The position numbers and the translations under genes were made by a program. Shown one piece after another: positions 18,269 to 27,790 of a DNA stretch of 64,000 nucleotides. The notes under the pieces were generated by a model. That model was not told where the DNA came from, searched no databases, and worked only from the letters and a program-made list of their open reading frames with translations. The stretch lies in NCBI GenBank assembly GCA_001821295.1, contig MHSK01000006.1:11801-75800 (forward strand). Reading direction: 5' to 3'. This DNA is from Candidatus Taylorbacteria bacterium RIFCSPLOWO2_12_FULL_43_20. Lineage in GTDB: Bacteria > Patescibacteriota > Minisyncoccia > Phycocordibacterales > HO2-43-120. Positions within the stretch are counted from its first letter, which is position 1. Each line of letters opens with the position of its first letter.

Positions 18269-19447
18269 CTAAAACAAACGTTCGCACTTTTTGGCAATCT
18301 CATCCATTTCATCCGAATAGACAACAGCGATCTTTACTTTACTGCGAGATGTATTTATAAACCGGCTGTAATCCGACTGTTTGACATTCTTTTCTTTATC
18401 AAGCTCGGCTCCCAACCACTGGAAATCCGAGGCGATTCGTTCCCTTATTATATCTGATCGCTCTCCCACTGTGCCTGAAAATATTATGGCGTCCAACCCT
18501 CCCAAAACCGCGGCGTAAGCGCCAACATACTTGCGTATTGAATAAACAAAAATATCAAGCGCTTTTTCCGCTTGTTTGTCACCTTCGCCTTGAAGACGGA
18601 TAAGATCCCGTATATCGGGGCTCGTGCCGCTTACGCCGAGAAGACCGCATTTACTGTTGAGATATGCTTCGCATTCATCAATACCCATTTCACGAGCGAG
18701 AACAAGTACCGCGCCAGCATCTATGTTACCGACTCGTGTAGCCATCGGTACTCCTTCAAGAGGAGTATATCCCATGGATGTATCTACACTCCGTGATTTT
18801 CTTACAGCTGTGACACTTGAGCCGCCTCCCAGATGACAAACCACCACCTTGTCCAAAGCGGAGCCGTTGAGTTCTGACGTTATTGAAACAGCGGAAGATA
18901 CAGACAAGCCATGAAAGCCGAATCTGCGCAAATCCAAATTATTCGTTTCTTCGGCGTTTATGGCATATACTTGGGCGACCTCATTCATATCCTGATGAAA
19001 CTCGCTGTCAGATACCGCCACGATAGGAACCGTCGGATAATCCCGTCTTAACATTTCAAGCTCTTTGAGTAGAGGGCTCAAATGCAATGGGACGAGCTTC
19101 GCGGCTTTATTCAGCTTATGGATATAATCTGAGTCAATTTTCACGCTTTTGGAAAAGAAAGTTCCCGGCGCAACCACCCGGACGCCAAAAGCGTCTATGT
19201 CTAGAGCCTCCTTGACGTGCCCCCGCATCTTAATTTCATGTAAAAATAAAGACAGGACGTTATCAAACCCGACATTGTTAAGCGTCCTTTGCTCTTTTCC
19301 TTTGTCACTTTGCAGTTCCAATAAAATTTTTTCTCCCTCATGTTCAAAATGAGCAAACAGCATTCTCCTGCCGTCTTCGTAAAAAGCGTATTTTTTGGAG
19401 GCACTGCCGATATTTACAATTAAAAATTTTTTCTTTTCCATTGCCAT
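18269..19447 (-). CDS. ackA: Acetate kinase
   Basis: VNIGSASKKYAFY, CHLGGGSSV, VDTSMGYTPLEGVPMATRVGNID motifs of the ASKHA acetate kinase family. 392 aa. Confidence 0.9.
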   Translation of the reverse strand: MAMEKKKFLIVNIGSASKKYAFYEDGRRMLFAHFEHEGEKILLELQSDKGKEQRTLNNVGFDNVLSLFLHEIKMRGHVKEALDIDAFGVRVVAPGTFFSKSVKIDSDYIHKLNKAAKLVPLHLSPLLKELEMLRRDYPTVPIVAVSDSEFHQDMNEVAQVYAINAEETNNLDLRRFGFHGLSVSSAVSITSELNGSALDKVVVCHLGGGSSVTAVRKSRSVDTSMGYTPLEGVPMATRVGNIDAGAVLVLAREMGIDECEAYLNSKCGLLGVSGTSPDIRDLIRLQGEGDKQAEKALDIFVYSIRKYVGAYAAVLGGLDAIIFSGTVGERSDIIRERIASDFQWLGAELDKEKNVKQSDYSRFINTSRSKVKIAVVYSDEMDEIAKKCERLF

Positions 19448-21771
19448 TGTTGAATTTCCGCCGGATCAACCCCATATTGTCTGATGTACGCGCCATGTTC
19501 GGAAATTTTATTCTTGTATACGTTAATAGCTTTATTGGCTCTCTCTCTGTCTAAAACTTTTTTTTCCACCATAGTTTCAAAAACCTCTATAGCCAAGTCA
19601 TATCTGCTTGTGCCATTCCTGATATGCATGTCAAACGGCGTCGTGGTAGATCCATTTTCCTCATAACCGTGCACAGAGAAACGATTCTGATCCCCTTCGT
19701 AGTCAAATAAAATCTGCTTCAGCGTCTGCGGATAGCCGTGAAAGTTGAAAATAACCGGCTTGTCATTAGTGAAATAGTTTTCAAAATCAGGGAGAGGAAC
19801 TCTGCAGGAATCATGGCCGAAGCCTAGCGCGGAAAGAGACAAAATATTGACAAATCTTGCTTTAACCTCGGGGGTTTCCGACTTCACGATATCAATCGCG
19901 GCCAAACATTCTTTTGTAAGATAATCACCGACGCCGCATAAAACAATGTCGGGGTCTTTTTCGCTCGCGAAATCCCAAACCATAAGTCCAATTTTCAATT
20001 CTTTGGCGGCAAGCTCCATATTAAGCCACCTCGGCTCCAGTGTTTTACCCGCCACTATTATATTTATTGAATTTTTTGAAGACAAACATTTTTCAAGCGT
20101 CAAGAGCGCGCTGTTGCCGCAAGCGGGAAAATAGACATTTACTAAACATCCCTGTTTCTGGAGCATATCGTCCACGAACCCCGGATTCTGATGGGAAAAA
20201 CCGTTATGTTCCTGTCTCCAGCCGGAGGATGTTAAAATATAGTTCAACGAGGGTATATCTCCTCTCCACTTAACCTCATGGGACTGTTTCAAAAACTTGG
20301 CATATTGATCGGCCATACTCGCTACGATCTGAATGAAGGCCTCATATGAAGCGAAAACCGCATGGCGTCCGGTAAGAACATAGCCCTGCATTATTCCCTG
20401 AAGATTATGCTCGGAAAGCATTTCCATAACTCTTCCGTTTACGCTTAAATCTCTATCCTCTTTCACGATAGGCATGGAGAAAGCTCTGGCGGTTGCCTTA
20501 AAAACCTCATCCAATTTATTGGAATAAGTTTCGTCCGGAGACATCATTCTAAAATTTCTATTCGGTTTGTTTAACTCAAAAACGTCTTTAAGATAAGCCC
20601 CGGCCCTTCTCATGCTGCTTGAACCAATAACGCCGGGAAAATCAACATCCTCAGCATAAATATTGACCTCAGGTAATTTAAGCGGTTGGTACGCTTTAGG
20701 ACCCCCCATACTGTAACACGAGTCACCAATCCTATATTCGGCGGAAGGCAGACAACTCTTTATACTCTCCTCAAAACCACCTTTATTATCAAACAGCTCA
20801 GAAAATCCATATGACCTCAGCCATGATTCAACTTCCCTAAGTTCCTCTGGATCTGACTTCGCGTTGGGAGCAACAACTTGATGAGATAAGAAATTACCCT
20901 CTATTTTATTGCCATGCAATTTTTTTATTCCGGTCCAACCTTTCGGAGTCTTAAGGATTATCATGGGAAACACCGCGGGAAGCGTGATCCGTCCTCTTCT
21001 CGCCTTATCTTGTATATCTCTTATTGCTTTGTAACTTTTCTCCACCGCCTTATTCATTCGCTTGTAAACATCTTCCCCCTCCACAATTATAGGATCGTAA
21101 CCATATCCTTGAAACAAAGAAATCAGGCTTTTGTTTGACATCCTGCCGAATATCGTAGGGCCGGATATCTTATATCCATTTAAATGAAGTATAGGCAAAA
21201 CCGCGCCGTCTTCCGCGGGATTTATAAGTTTATTTATGTGCCATGAAGCGGCCAAAGGCCCCGTCTCCGCCTCCCCGTCGCCAATGAGACAAGCGACGAC
21301 CAGCTCCGGACGGTCGAGCGCCGCGCCGTAAGCCGTGGAAAGAGAATACCCGAGCTCGCCGCCCTCCAAAATGACTCCGGGGGCTCCCGGACTCGCGTGG
21401 CTCGGAAATCCATAAGGCCAGCTAAAATTACGCGCCAGATATGCAATACCTTTCTCATCAAGCGTAGCTTCGGGATAATATTTTGATAATGTTCCCTCCA
21501 AAAAAAGATTGGCTTGGAGAGCGGGGAAACCGTGCCCCGGTCCCAGCACGAACATCATCCTTGCGTTGTGTTTTTTTGACAGTGCGTTAAGGTGCGCGTA
21601 TACAAAATTTATACCCGGACAAGTGCCCCAATGACCCAGTAGTCTGGGCTTAATGTGAGAGGACGCAAGGGGTTTATTCAGGAGATAATTATCCTGAAGG
21701 TAGATTTGTACAGCCGAAATATAGTTAGCGGCACGAACGTATTTTTTTATATTTTCTATGTTGCCAATCAT
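19420..21771 (-). CDS. xfp: Xylulose-5-phosphate/fructose-6-phosphate phosphoketolase
   Basis: 783 aa. GHWGTCPG signature, TPP-binding GDGE motif. Overlaps ackA by 28 nt (operon). Confidence 0.92.
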   Translation of the reverse strand: MIGNIENIKKYVRAANYISAVQIYLQDNYLLNKPLASSHIKPRLLGHWGTCPGINFVYAHLNALSKKHNARMMFVLGPGHGFPALQANLFLEGTLSKYYPEATLDEKGIAYLARNFSWPYGFPSHASPGAPGVILEGGELGYSLSTAYGAALDRPELVVACLIGDGEAETGPLAASWHINKLINPAEDGAVLPILHLNGYKISGPTIFGRMSNKSLISLFQGYGYDPIIVEGEDVYKRMNKAVEKSYKAIRDIQDKARRGRITLPAVFPMIILKTPKGWTGIKKLHGNKIEGNFLSHQVVAPNAKSDPEELREVESWLRSYGFSELFDNKGGFEESIKSCLPSAEYRIGDSCYSMGGPKAYQPLKLPEVNIYAEDVDFPGVIGSSSMRRAGAYLKDVFELNKPNRNFRMMSPDETYSNKLDEVFKATARAFSMPIVKEDRDLSVNGRVMEMLSEHNLQGIMQGYVLTGRHAVFASYEAFIQIVASMADQYAKFLKQSHEVKWRGDIPSLNYILTSSGWRQEHNGFSHQNPGFVDDMLQKQGCLVNVYFPACGNSALLTLEKCLSSKNSINIIVAGKTLEPRWLNMELAAKELKIGLMVWDFASEKDPDIVLCGVGDYLTKECLAAIDIVKSETPEVKARFVNILSLSALGFGHDSCRVPLPDFENYFTNDKPVIFNFHGYPQTLKQILFDYEGDQNRFSVHGYEENGSTTTPFDMHIRNGTSRYDLAIEVFETMVEKKVLDRERANKAINVYKNKISEHGAYIRQYGVDPAEIQQWQWKRKNF

Positions 21772-21799
21772 CTGGATGAATAGAGTTCATCCATTATAC

Positions 21800-21872
21800 A
21801 CCAGTGCCGTTACAAGTTAAAATGTACTATAGCATGTTGTGAATTTATGGCTTGCAGATTTATGAAAATCCA
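21800..21872 (+). repeat. Inverted repeat G, right copy, immediately upstream of xfp. A partial inverted partner aacttgtaacggtactag lies at 21893-21910.
   Basis: See 18176-18255. Confidence 0.85.
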
Positions 21873-21948
21873 TGGTGCATGCAGAGAAAATTAACTTGTA
21901 ACGGTACTAGTAACCACGAAATTCGAAGCGAAACTCAAAAAACAGTAT

Positions 21949-22740
21949 CTACGCTTTTATCGTGGCAGAGGCCAAATAATACGTCTCCATTATTTTCCTA
22001 GCTTCTTTGGAAATCGGCTTGACTATTTTCACATCCGCATTCTCCATAATTTTCTTTACCAAATCTATTGGATGAAATTTGAAAAAATTGCCCGAAATGC
22101 AATCTACAACTCTATCCTTAAGCGGTTTCGGCATGGTTTCCATAAAATGCCTTCTCAGGTGATCTGGTGAAAAGAAATATACTTTTTTGAAATTCGCGTC
22201 AACTTTCAAACTCTCCAGCCGTGCTTTAAGCATGCGGGTGAAATTACCCACCATTATTTCATCGTTCAACTCTCTAGCCGACCCTGATCTTACCACACCG
22301 CCACCGACTCTCGTCTTGAAATGTCCCTCATTATCTGAATAGCGCGGAGTTGGGAACTTAAAAGAGTCCTTAAGCGAGACACTGCCGTTTGAGGCATGGT
22401 ATATGACTGCTTCCTGCCTGCCGACAACTATTATCATGCTCGGATTTCTGGTAAACTGCTTCAATTTATTGGATATTTTTACCTGATCTGGAACTTTGGT
22501 ATAATTCTTGGAAAACCCTTTTGCCTTAAGATAATTTATAACCTCTGCTTCATTTTTGTACACTTTATTCGGCAGATTTTCGCTCATTAGGAGTGCCCAC
22601 GAATCAGCCGACTTACTTCTCACATAATCCACGATTTTTTCTTTGGCCGCGGGATAAATAATACCGCTTATTGACTTGTGAATTTTACTTGAATAATTTT
22701 TATTGATACTCAAATTGTCTCTTTTATTTTTTTTCCTCAT
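21949..22740 (-). CDS. Hypothetical protein, possibly baeRF1 / host-attachment-protein-like (eRF1-like fold)
   Basis: MIIVVGRQEAVIYHASNGS and FTRMLKARLESLKVDANFKKVYFFSPDHLRRHF resemble the conserved blocks of the bacterial Host_attach/baeRF1 family. Weak, from memory only. Confidence 0.3.
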   Translation of the reverse strand: MRKKNKRDNLSINKNYSSKIHKSISGIIYPAAKEKIVDYVRSKSADSWALLMSENLPNKVYKNEAEVINYLKAKGFSKNYTKVPDQVKISNKLKQFTRNPSMIIVVGRQEAVIYHASNGSVSLKDSFKFPTPRYSDNEGHFKTRVGGGVVRSGSARELNDEIMVGNFTRMLKARLESLKVDANFKKVYFFSPDHLRRHFMETMPKPLKDRVVDCISGNFFKFHPIDLVKKIMENADVKIVKPISKEARKIMETYYLASATIKA

Positions 22741-22850
22741 ACATTTTTACGCACCTATAATTATTTTTTATAAATCTTTATCTTTTTTATAATCATCAAT
22801 CTCACACTTTTCATAACAATACCGTGCTCACATTAAGAAAGAGTGAAGAC

Positions 22851-22884
22851 AAAAAAACACCGAGCATCGGCTTGGTGTTTTTTC
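22851..22884 (-). terminator. Bidirectional rho-independent terminator downstream of mscS
   Basis: A-run, hairpin acaccgagc-atcg-gcttggtgt, T-run. Confidence 0.7.
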
Positions 22885-22901
22885 AATAAAATTTTTCCCA
22901 A

Positions 22902-23765
22902 TCAACCGTTCTTTGCCTGATGAAAAACTCTTTGAGGAAACGGGATAACGATCCCCTCCTTGTCAAAAGCGATTTTTAATCTTTTGCGCAATTCTCCCAT
23001 GACACCCCACTGCTGAATGGGCTTGGTATCGCCCAAAATCTTAATAATGATGGCCGAGTCCCCAAAATCATCAACTCTCAAAAACTCCGGGGCTTTCAAT
23101 ATATGTTCTTTCCATTTAGGATCTTCCGCCAACTCCTTCCCAACCTTATTGACAACCTCTATCACTTTTTCCAGATCTGAGTCATACGCCACGCCTATAT
23201 TCAAATTTACTCTGGAATAGTTTTTTGTCAGGTTTGATGCCACATGTATCTCCCCATTCGGAATATTGTGAACAGTTCCGTCCAAATCCCTAAGAACGGT
23301 GAGACGTAGATTGATATCTTCCACTAATCCGCATTTTCCCGCGGCACACAAGACGTCTCCAACGCGATATTGATTTTCAAAAATGATAAAAAGTCCGGAA
23401 ATAACGTCCCTGATGAGATATTGTCCTCCGAAACCGAATGCCAATCCCGCAACGCCCGCGGCGGCAAGTAAGGGACCTATGTTTATACCAAGTTCAGACA
23501 ATATCATCATCCCCGCGACTACCCACAGCGCTACCCCAAGCGTAGTGTTAAAGACTTTTATCAATGTGTCTTCTCTCTGTTTTTCGGCCTCAAGTGAAAG
23601 CAATAGGCCGCTTTTTCCCGCTATTTTTCTAACTAACCTGCCGATAAACGCGAAACCGAATTTTTTTAGAATATACGCGGCCGCGAGAATACCGACAATT
23701 TTCAAACCGTGGCTGATAAGCCAAGCGTATGCGGAATCAATAATCTCAAAATTTAAAATATCCAT
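22902..23765 (-). CDS. mscS: Small-conductance mechanosensitive channel (MscS family)
   Basis: TM3 pore helix GVAGLAFGFGGQYLIRDVISGLFIIFENQYRVGD and beta-domain typical of MscS. Confidence 0.88.
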   Translation of the reverse strand: MDILNFEIIDSAYAWLISHGLKIVGILAAAYILKKFGFAFIGRLVRKIAGKSGLLLSLEAEKQREDTLIKVFNTTLGVALWVVAGMMILSELGINIGPLLAAAGVAGLAFGFGGQYLIRDVISGLFIIFENQYRVGDVLCAAGKCGLVEDINLRLTVLRDLDGTVHNIPNGEIHVASNLTKNYSRVNLNIGVAYDSDLEKVIEVVNKVGKELAEDPKWKEHILKAPEFLRVDDFGDSAIIIKILGDTKPIQQWGVMGELRKRLKIAFDKEGIVIPFPQRVFHQAKNG

Positions 23766-23969
23766 TGTATTAAAATAATTATACCTTTCGCGTTTCTGCT
23801 AATTCAAACGATTTCACAATCTGCCATCACCTGCGGTAAATGACGGAAATGACATAAACGATAAACGCGTAAGCTCTGTTAATATAGACACTACATTTAG
23901 AATAAACCATATTACGGAAAAGAAAAGCCCGCTTTTGTAAAAGCGAGCGATTGAGTACGGCAAGATGGG

Positions 23970-24197
23970 TTAGTCAGTGATACAAGAATCTTGTCTCGTA
24001 AGCACGGGCTCTGATGACCATACTGCAGACTCATCGGCAAAACCCACGGTTTCGCCGGTGTCCACATTCATAGCATTGAATGCAAGTCCAGTAGAATATA
24101 ATCTTCTGAACCTTACAGGTGGACCATCCGAAGTATATCGAGCCCAGAAAAAACCGCCCTCATTTATGTCGCCGAACGTGAGTGTTTGTTGTACCAT
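23970..24197 (-). CDS. Hypothetical protein (75 aa) inside a GC-rich island
   Basis: ORF only. GC-rich like the neighbouring DHS-like gene. Confidence 0.25.
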   Translation of the reverse strand: MVQQTLTFGDINEGGFFWARYTSDGPPVRFRRLYSTGLAFNAMNVDTGETVGFADESAVWSSEPVLTRQDSCITD

Positions 24198-24326
24198 TAT
24201 GACGCCTTTCGTTTTTGGTGTCCGTTCAACATCATGTCACATAACTCAATTAATAGCAATATTACTGAAAAGATAACTAATGCTTAGTTCTCTCCGACGC
24301 CATTACCTTAAAAAACATTACTCTAA

Positions 24327-24364
24327 CCAAACACCTCAACGGATGCTACCGTTGAGGTGTTTGG
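24327..24364. other. Perfect 16-bp-stem hairpin (ccaaacacctcaacgg-atgcta-ccgttgaggtgtttgg)
   Basis: Seen directly. Not flanked by an obvious T-tract on the plus strand. Confidence 0.6.
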
Positions 24365-24525
24365 AAGTTTTGGTTAAATAACATAGCTTAACTCAAGCGT
24401 TTTTCATTGACAACGTGCGTATTTACCAGGAGACAATTTAAACGTATATTTTTATTTCAAACTTAAACATCCTCGGCCTACTTTTTTTTCGGCAAATCAG
24501 CTATAAACAAAACAATTGACCATTT

Positions 24526-24553
24526 TTGACATACTGCCGGTTTAAGGTAGTAT
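24526..24553 (+). promoter_or_regulatory. Sigma70-like promoter TTGACA-16-TAGTAT upstream of the DHS-like gene
   Basis: Consensus -35 and near-consensus -10 with 16-nt spacer, about 55 nt upstream of the start codon. Confidence 0.55.
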
Positions 24554-24609
24554 TGCTTCAAATTTGACAATATCAACCAAAAAACAACCAAAGAAAGGCC
24601 GGATACGAA

Positions 24610-25821
24610 ATGAATACCAACGTGAACAGTCAAGACGCCGGAAGTTTAGTGGGCAAAGCCGTGGATGTGAGACCGGTCTCCGAAGTAGAGAATCCGGAAG
24701 AGTTAATCATGAACTGCATGCCGGCATTCGGCGGCGCGTTCGTAAGAAAGATATTCTGCATTCTGGACCGAGTGATCACCGAGAATGTGCCTCTTGTGGT
24801 CGCCATTTCCGGGCCCATCACCGCCTCCAATCAGCATCGGGCCTGGCTCCTCCCTCTGATAGAGGAGGGCTACATCTCGTACATTACAACAACAGATGCG
24901 GCTTGTTATCATGACGGGCACTTCGGCCTTCAGGAAGAAAATCCCGTGCGTGAAGTGGACATTGAAGGCCGAGACCTTGAGTACGGCAAAGCCGGAGTCA
25001 TTCGCATTGGCAATGTCGGGTTTGACGAAAACGTTCTCTACAAGCAGGACAAATTCATATCTAATCTTTTGCAGAAACCCGAGTTCCAGCGCAAGATGAG
25101 CGGAACCGAATTCCGCAACCTGTTGGGCCAACATTATGACCGGCAAGAAGGTAGGCTCGGCATCAAGCCCGGCCTCCTCTCAACATGTTACAAGTATGGA
25201 GTGCCGGTATTCGTCGGGGCGCCGTGCGACGGCTCTGTCTACTTAAACCACGTAAAGCTTTGGGCTATGCGAGAAAATGGCGTGCTTCGGCACGACTTTG
25301 AGCTAGACATTGAGCGCGAAGTTTTTGAAAGCGCCGCTATTCATTACTGGGGATTGACGAGATCGCCAGCAAAGAAGCTTGCGATCCTCATACTCGGAGG
25401 AGGAGTGCCGAAGAACTTCTCACTTCAGCCGGAGCCGTTTCTATCTCAAATACTTTTGCTTAACGACATCGACGGTTACAGCTTTGATGTCCAGATCGTG
25501 AGCACTAACGTTACTTACGGATGTCTCACAAGCTGTAAGCCAGCCGAGGCCCACACGTGGGGAAAGGTCAGCGCTGAGGCCCTGGGTGGTACAACCGAGA
25601 GTCTCGAAGCAGACTACTCAACAATCATGCCCCTCATTTCTTGGGCCATAATTGATAAAAAACACCGACTCTTTAACCGTGACGCGAGTGAGCCGGGGGT
25701 CCGAGGATATTGTCTGCGAAATCACCTCCGACTGTACGACAAGTTGCCGGAGTTGACCAAGCACCTTCTGGATCGGATCACTGAATTAGATCACGTTGTC
25801 AAGCTCAAATCCGCTTTTTGA
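24610..25821 (+). CDS. Deoxyhypusine synthase family protein (DHS-like / homospermidine-synthase-like)
   Basis: Colinear with eukaryotic/archaeal DHS: VPVFVGAPCDGS (cf. IPVFSPALTDGS), ILILGGGVPKN (cf. IILGGGVVKH), and a C-terminal block ending in WGK (cf. human EAVSWGK). GC is clearly higher than in flanking genes. Confidence 0.75.
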   Translation: MNTNVNSQDAGSLVGKAVDVRPVSEVENPEELIMNCMPAFGGAFVRKIFCILDRVITENVPLVVAISGPITASNQHRAWLLPLIEEGYISYITTTDAACYHDGHFGLQEENPVREVDIEGRDLEYGKAGVIRIGNVGFDENVLYKQDKFISNLLQKPEFQRKMSGTEFRNLLGQHYDRQEGRLGIKPGLLSTCYKYGVPVFVGAPCDGSVYLNHVKLWAMRENGVLRHDFELDIEREVFESAAIHYWGLTRSPAKKLAILILGGGVPKNFSLQPEPFLSQILLLNDIDGYSFDVQIVSTNVTYGCLTSCKPAEAHTWGKVSAEALGGTTESLEADYSTIMPLISWAIIDKKHRLFNRDASEPGVRGYCLRNHLRLYDKLPELTKHLLDRITELDHVVKLKSAF

Positions 25822-25853
25822 AATCATTGGGCTTTGTTGTTTGGCTATCACTG

Positions 25854-25878
25854 CCCCGCCTCCAGCGGGGTTTTTTTT
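25854..25878 (+). terminator. Rho-independent terminator after the DHS-like gene
   Basis: ccccgc-tccag-cgggg followed by TTTTTTTT. Confidence 0.8.
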
Positions 25879-25901
25879 ATTCATTATTGCCCAGGGAATA
25901 T

Positions 25902-26510
25902 TTATCTTCCGCGTACCTTTTCCGGTCCGCGATTGTCATACCTTCTGATAAAATCTCGGATGCGCCCTTCATCTACAATTTCGTTATTAATATCAAACGT
26001 GTCAACTCTGCCCCATGCAACAAGCGATATATCTCCTTCGTTTTCCAATCGCGGAGAAACAACGACATATCTTCCGGCAAATGATTTGAGCTTTTCTTTG
26101 GCCTTATCACTTATGTGAGGATGGTACGCTATCCATATGTCGCCATGTTCAAGATTGTGAATTACCTGTTCATCTGGTAATGGTTCGTCGTAAAATCCCC
26201 CACGAACCGTCGAGCCATAATGCGGGCCGGATGAAGGCGGGTTTGAGTTATAGACAGAACGCTTCTCGCCATCTGCGATATGATCTCGTCCTTGAATATC
26301 ATACGCGACACTAAAATCTTCCCCCTCAGGAACTGCGGTTTGAGCGAGGAGAAATATTCCATACCCAATGATGGCGACAATGATAAGCCAGAGCGCGTAG
26401 CGTAGGAGCGATTTCTTGGCTTTCGCCATTCGGACTCGCTTACTCTCTTCTTCACGCGCATATTCACGCTCTCGCTTCTTTGATTCGTAATCGTTTTTTG
26501 TTTCTTCCAT
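25902..26510 (-). CDS. DUF3105-family membrane-anchored protein
   Basis: N-terminal TM helix. Conserved SGPHY and HNLEHG motifs, as I recall them for DUF3105. Confidence 0.55.
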   Translation of the reverse strand: MEETKNDYESKKREREYAREEESKRVRMAKAKKSLLRYALWLIIVAIIGYGIFLLAQTAVPEGEDFSVAYDIQGRDHIADGEKRSVYNSNPPSSGPHYGSTVRGGFYDEPLPDEQVIHNLEHGDIWIAYHPHISDKAKEKLKSFAGRYVVVSPRLENEGDISLVAWGRVDTFDINNEIVDEGRIRDFIRRYDNRGPEKVRGR

Positions 26511-26767
26511 ATATTTTGGTTATTTACTGATATCTATAGCGTCCTCATAGTATATCGCAATAGCAGCCATTCATCACTATTATATATCTCGAAACATTTT
26601 TTAATCAACTACCCCGCCCCAAGGGGTTCCCTCACTCGCTCCGTTCGTATCGGCGGGGTATCTAGGAGCTTTGCTCTGGATTATCTTGAAAACCAAGGTT
26701 TTCAAACTTTCCTTAGCGGAAACTCCGCAGCAAGCTGACGGAGAATATTTTTATTTAACCTGAATAA

Positions 26768-27364
26768 TTAATTTGCTTTCACATAGCGTACCGAACGAAT
26801 ACTCCCTTCCCTGCTGTCCAGAAAGAAAATTTCTTTTTTCAGTGACGGCAAAACATCAATCTTTTCTTCAATATTAATAGGTTCGATTGGTAGCGCGTAG
26901 GAACTTTTCTTATTTAAGGAATTGATATAAACACCTCTGTAATTATAAAGCAAAAGAATACTTTCAATGTTTTTAATAGGAAATGTATCCTTCTTTCCAT
27001 TTTTTAAAACGACAGTTATTCCGCGTTCTGTTGTCTCAATACTCATTGCCACTATATCCGGAAATATAAAATGAGAGATTAGAGCGATCGTACGAACCGC
27101 AAAAAGAAAAATTATAACAGCTACAATTGGAAACAGTAAAACAGCAAACATCGGTTGAATAACAAGTAAAATTGGAGATACCGTTATCCCAAACGGCTCT
27201 AAAAAATACAAACTAAAAGATCCAGTAAAAAGTCCTATCAGAATCAAGGGGGTCTTTCTGGCTCGTATGAGTGAAGTAAACCATTCTGAAACCCAATCCT
27301 TTGTTGTTTTATCTATTTTAGGTTTTTCTGTTAAACCCGAAATATTTTTTTCAAGATAATTCAT
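26768..27364 (-). CDS. Hypothetical membrane protein (2-3 TM helices plus a small C-terminal globular, possibly bacterial PH-like, domain)
   Basis: ORF, hydrophobic segments, no recognised motif. Confidence 0.4.
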   Translation of the reverse strand: MNYLEKNISGLTEKPKIDKTTKDWVSEWFTSLIRARKTPLILIGLFTGSFSLYFLEPFGITVSPILLVIQPMFAVLLFPIVAVIIFLFAVRTIALISHFIFPDIVAMSIETTERGITVVLKNGKKDTFPIKNIESILLLYNYRGVYINSLNKKSSYALPIEPINIEEKIDVLPSLKKEIFFLDSREGSIRSVRYVKAN

Positions 27365-27742
27365 TTTTATCTTTTAGCAGTAAAAATAATGAAATAATTA
27401 TACATGACTTTTTAGGTAATAATAATATAGGGATGGTGAAATTCATAAACCCGCCACTCGCCTGGCGTGTTTTCCAGCCCTAATATTAGCCCTGTAAAAG
27501 CAACGTACCGGTAGATTACACTTCGGCCGGAACACCGGCGGGTTTAGGTGTGTTTTGCTATCCAGGCGTGCATGATTTTGTACACTTCGCGAAGGTGAGC
27601 TTCTTTTCGATTTTTTATAAAAATTTTTCCATCGCGTCCAGGATTTTTTAATAAGAGGCAGTGACAATGTGGATAGGATAAAGTAACTTCTCTCACGGAA
27701 GTTTTCTCATTGTGTGTAACTGTTTCATAATTCCTCACATAC

Positions 27743-27778
27743 CAACATCCTTACAAACTGGAGTTTGTAAGGATGTTG
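27743..27778. other. Perfect 17-bp-stem hairpin (caacatccttacaaact-gg-agtttgtaaggatgttg) immediately 3' of the 214-aa gene
   Basis: Seen directly. Possible terminator or processing site on the minus strand. Confidence 0.55.
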
Positions 27779-27790
27779 ATCGAATTGGCA

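Noticed and set aside
23977-24276. 99-aa plus-strand ORF in the GC-rich island
   Set aside because: It overlaps the minus-strand 75-aa ORF and a large hairpin. Neither is convincing. The minus one is kept only as a low-confidence hypothetical.
27443-27738. Two overlapping small minus-strand ORFs (74 aa, 64 aa with HCHC motif) in the 27365-27790 spacer
   Set aside because: They overlap each other in different frames in a region with strong secondary structure. I considered an HNH or small toxin but found no complete motif.
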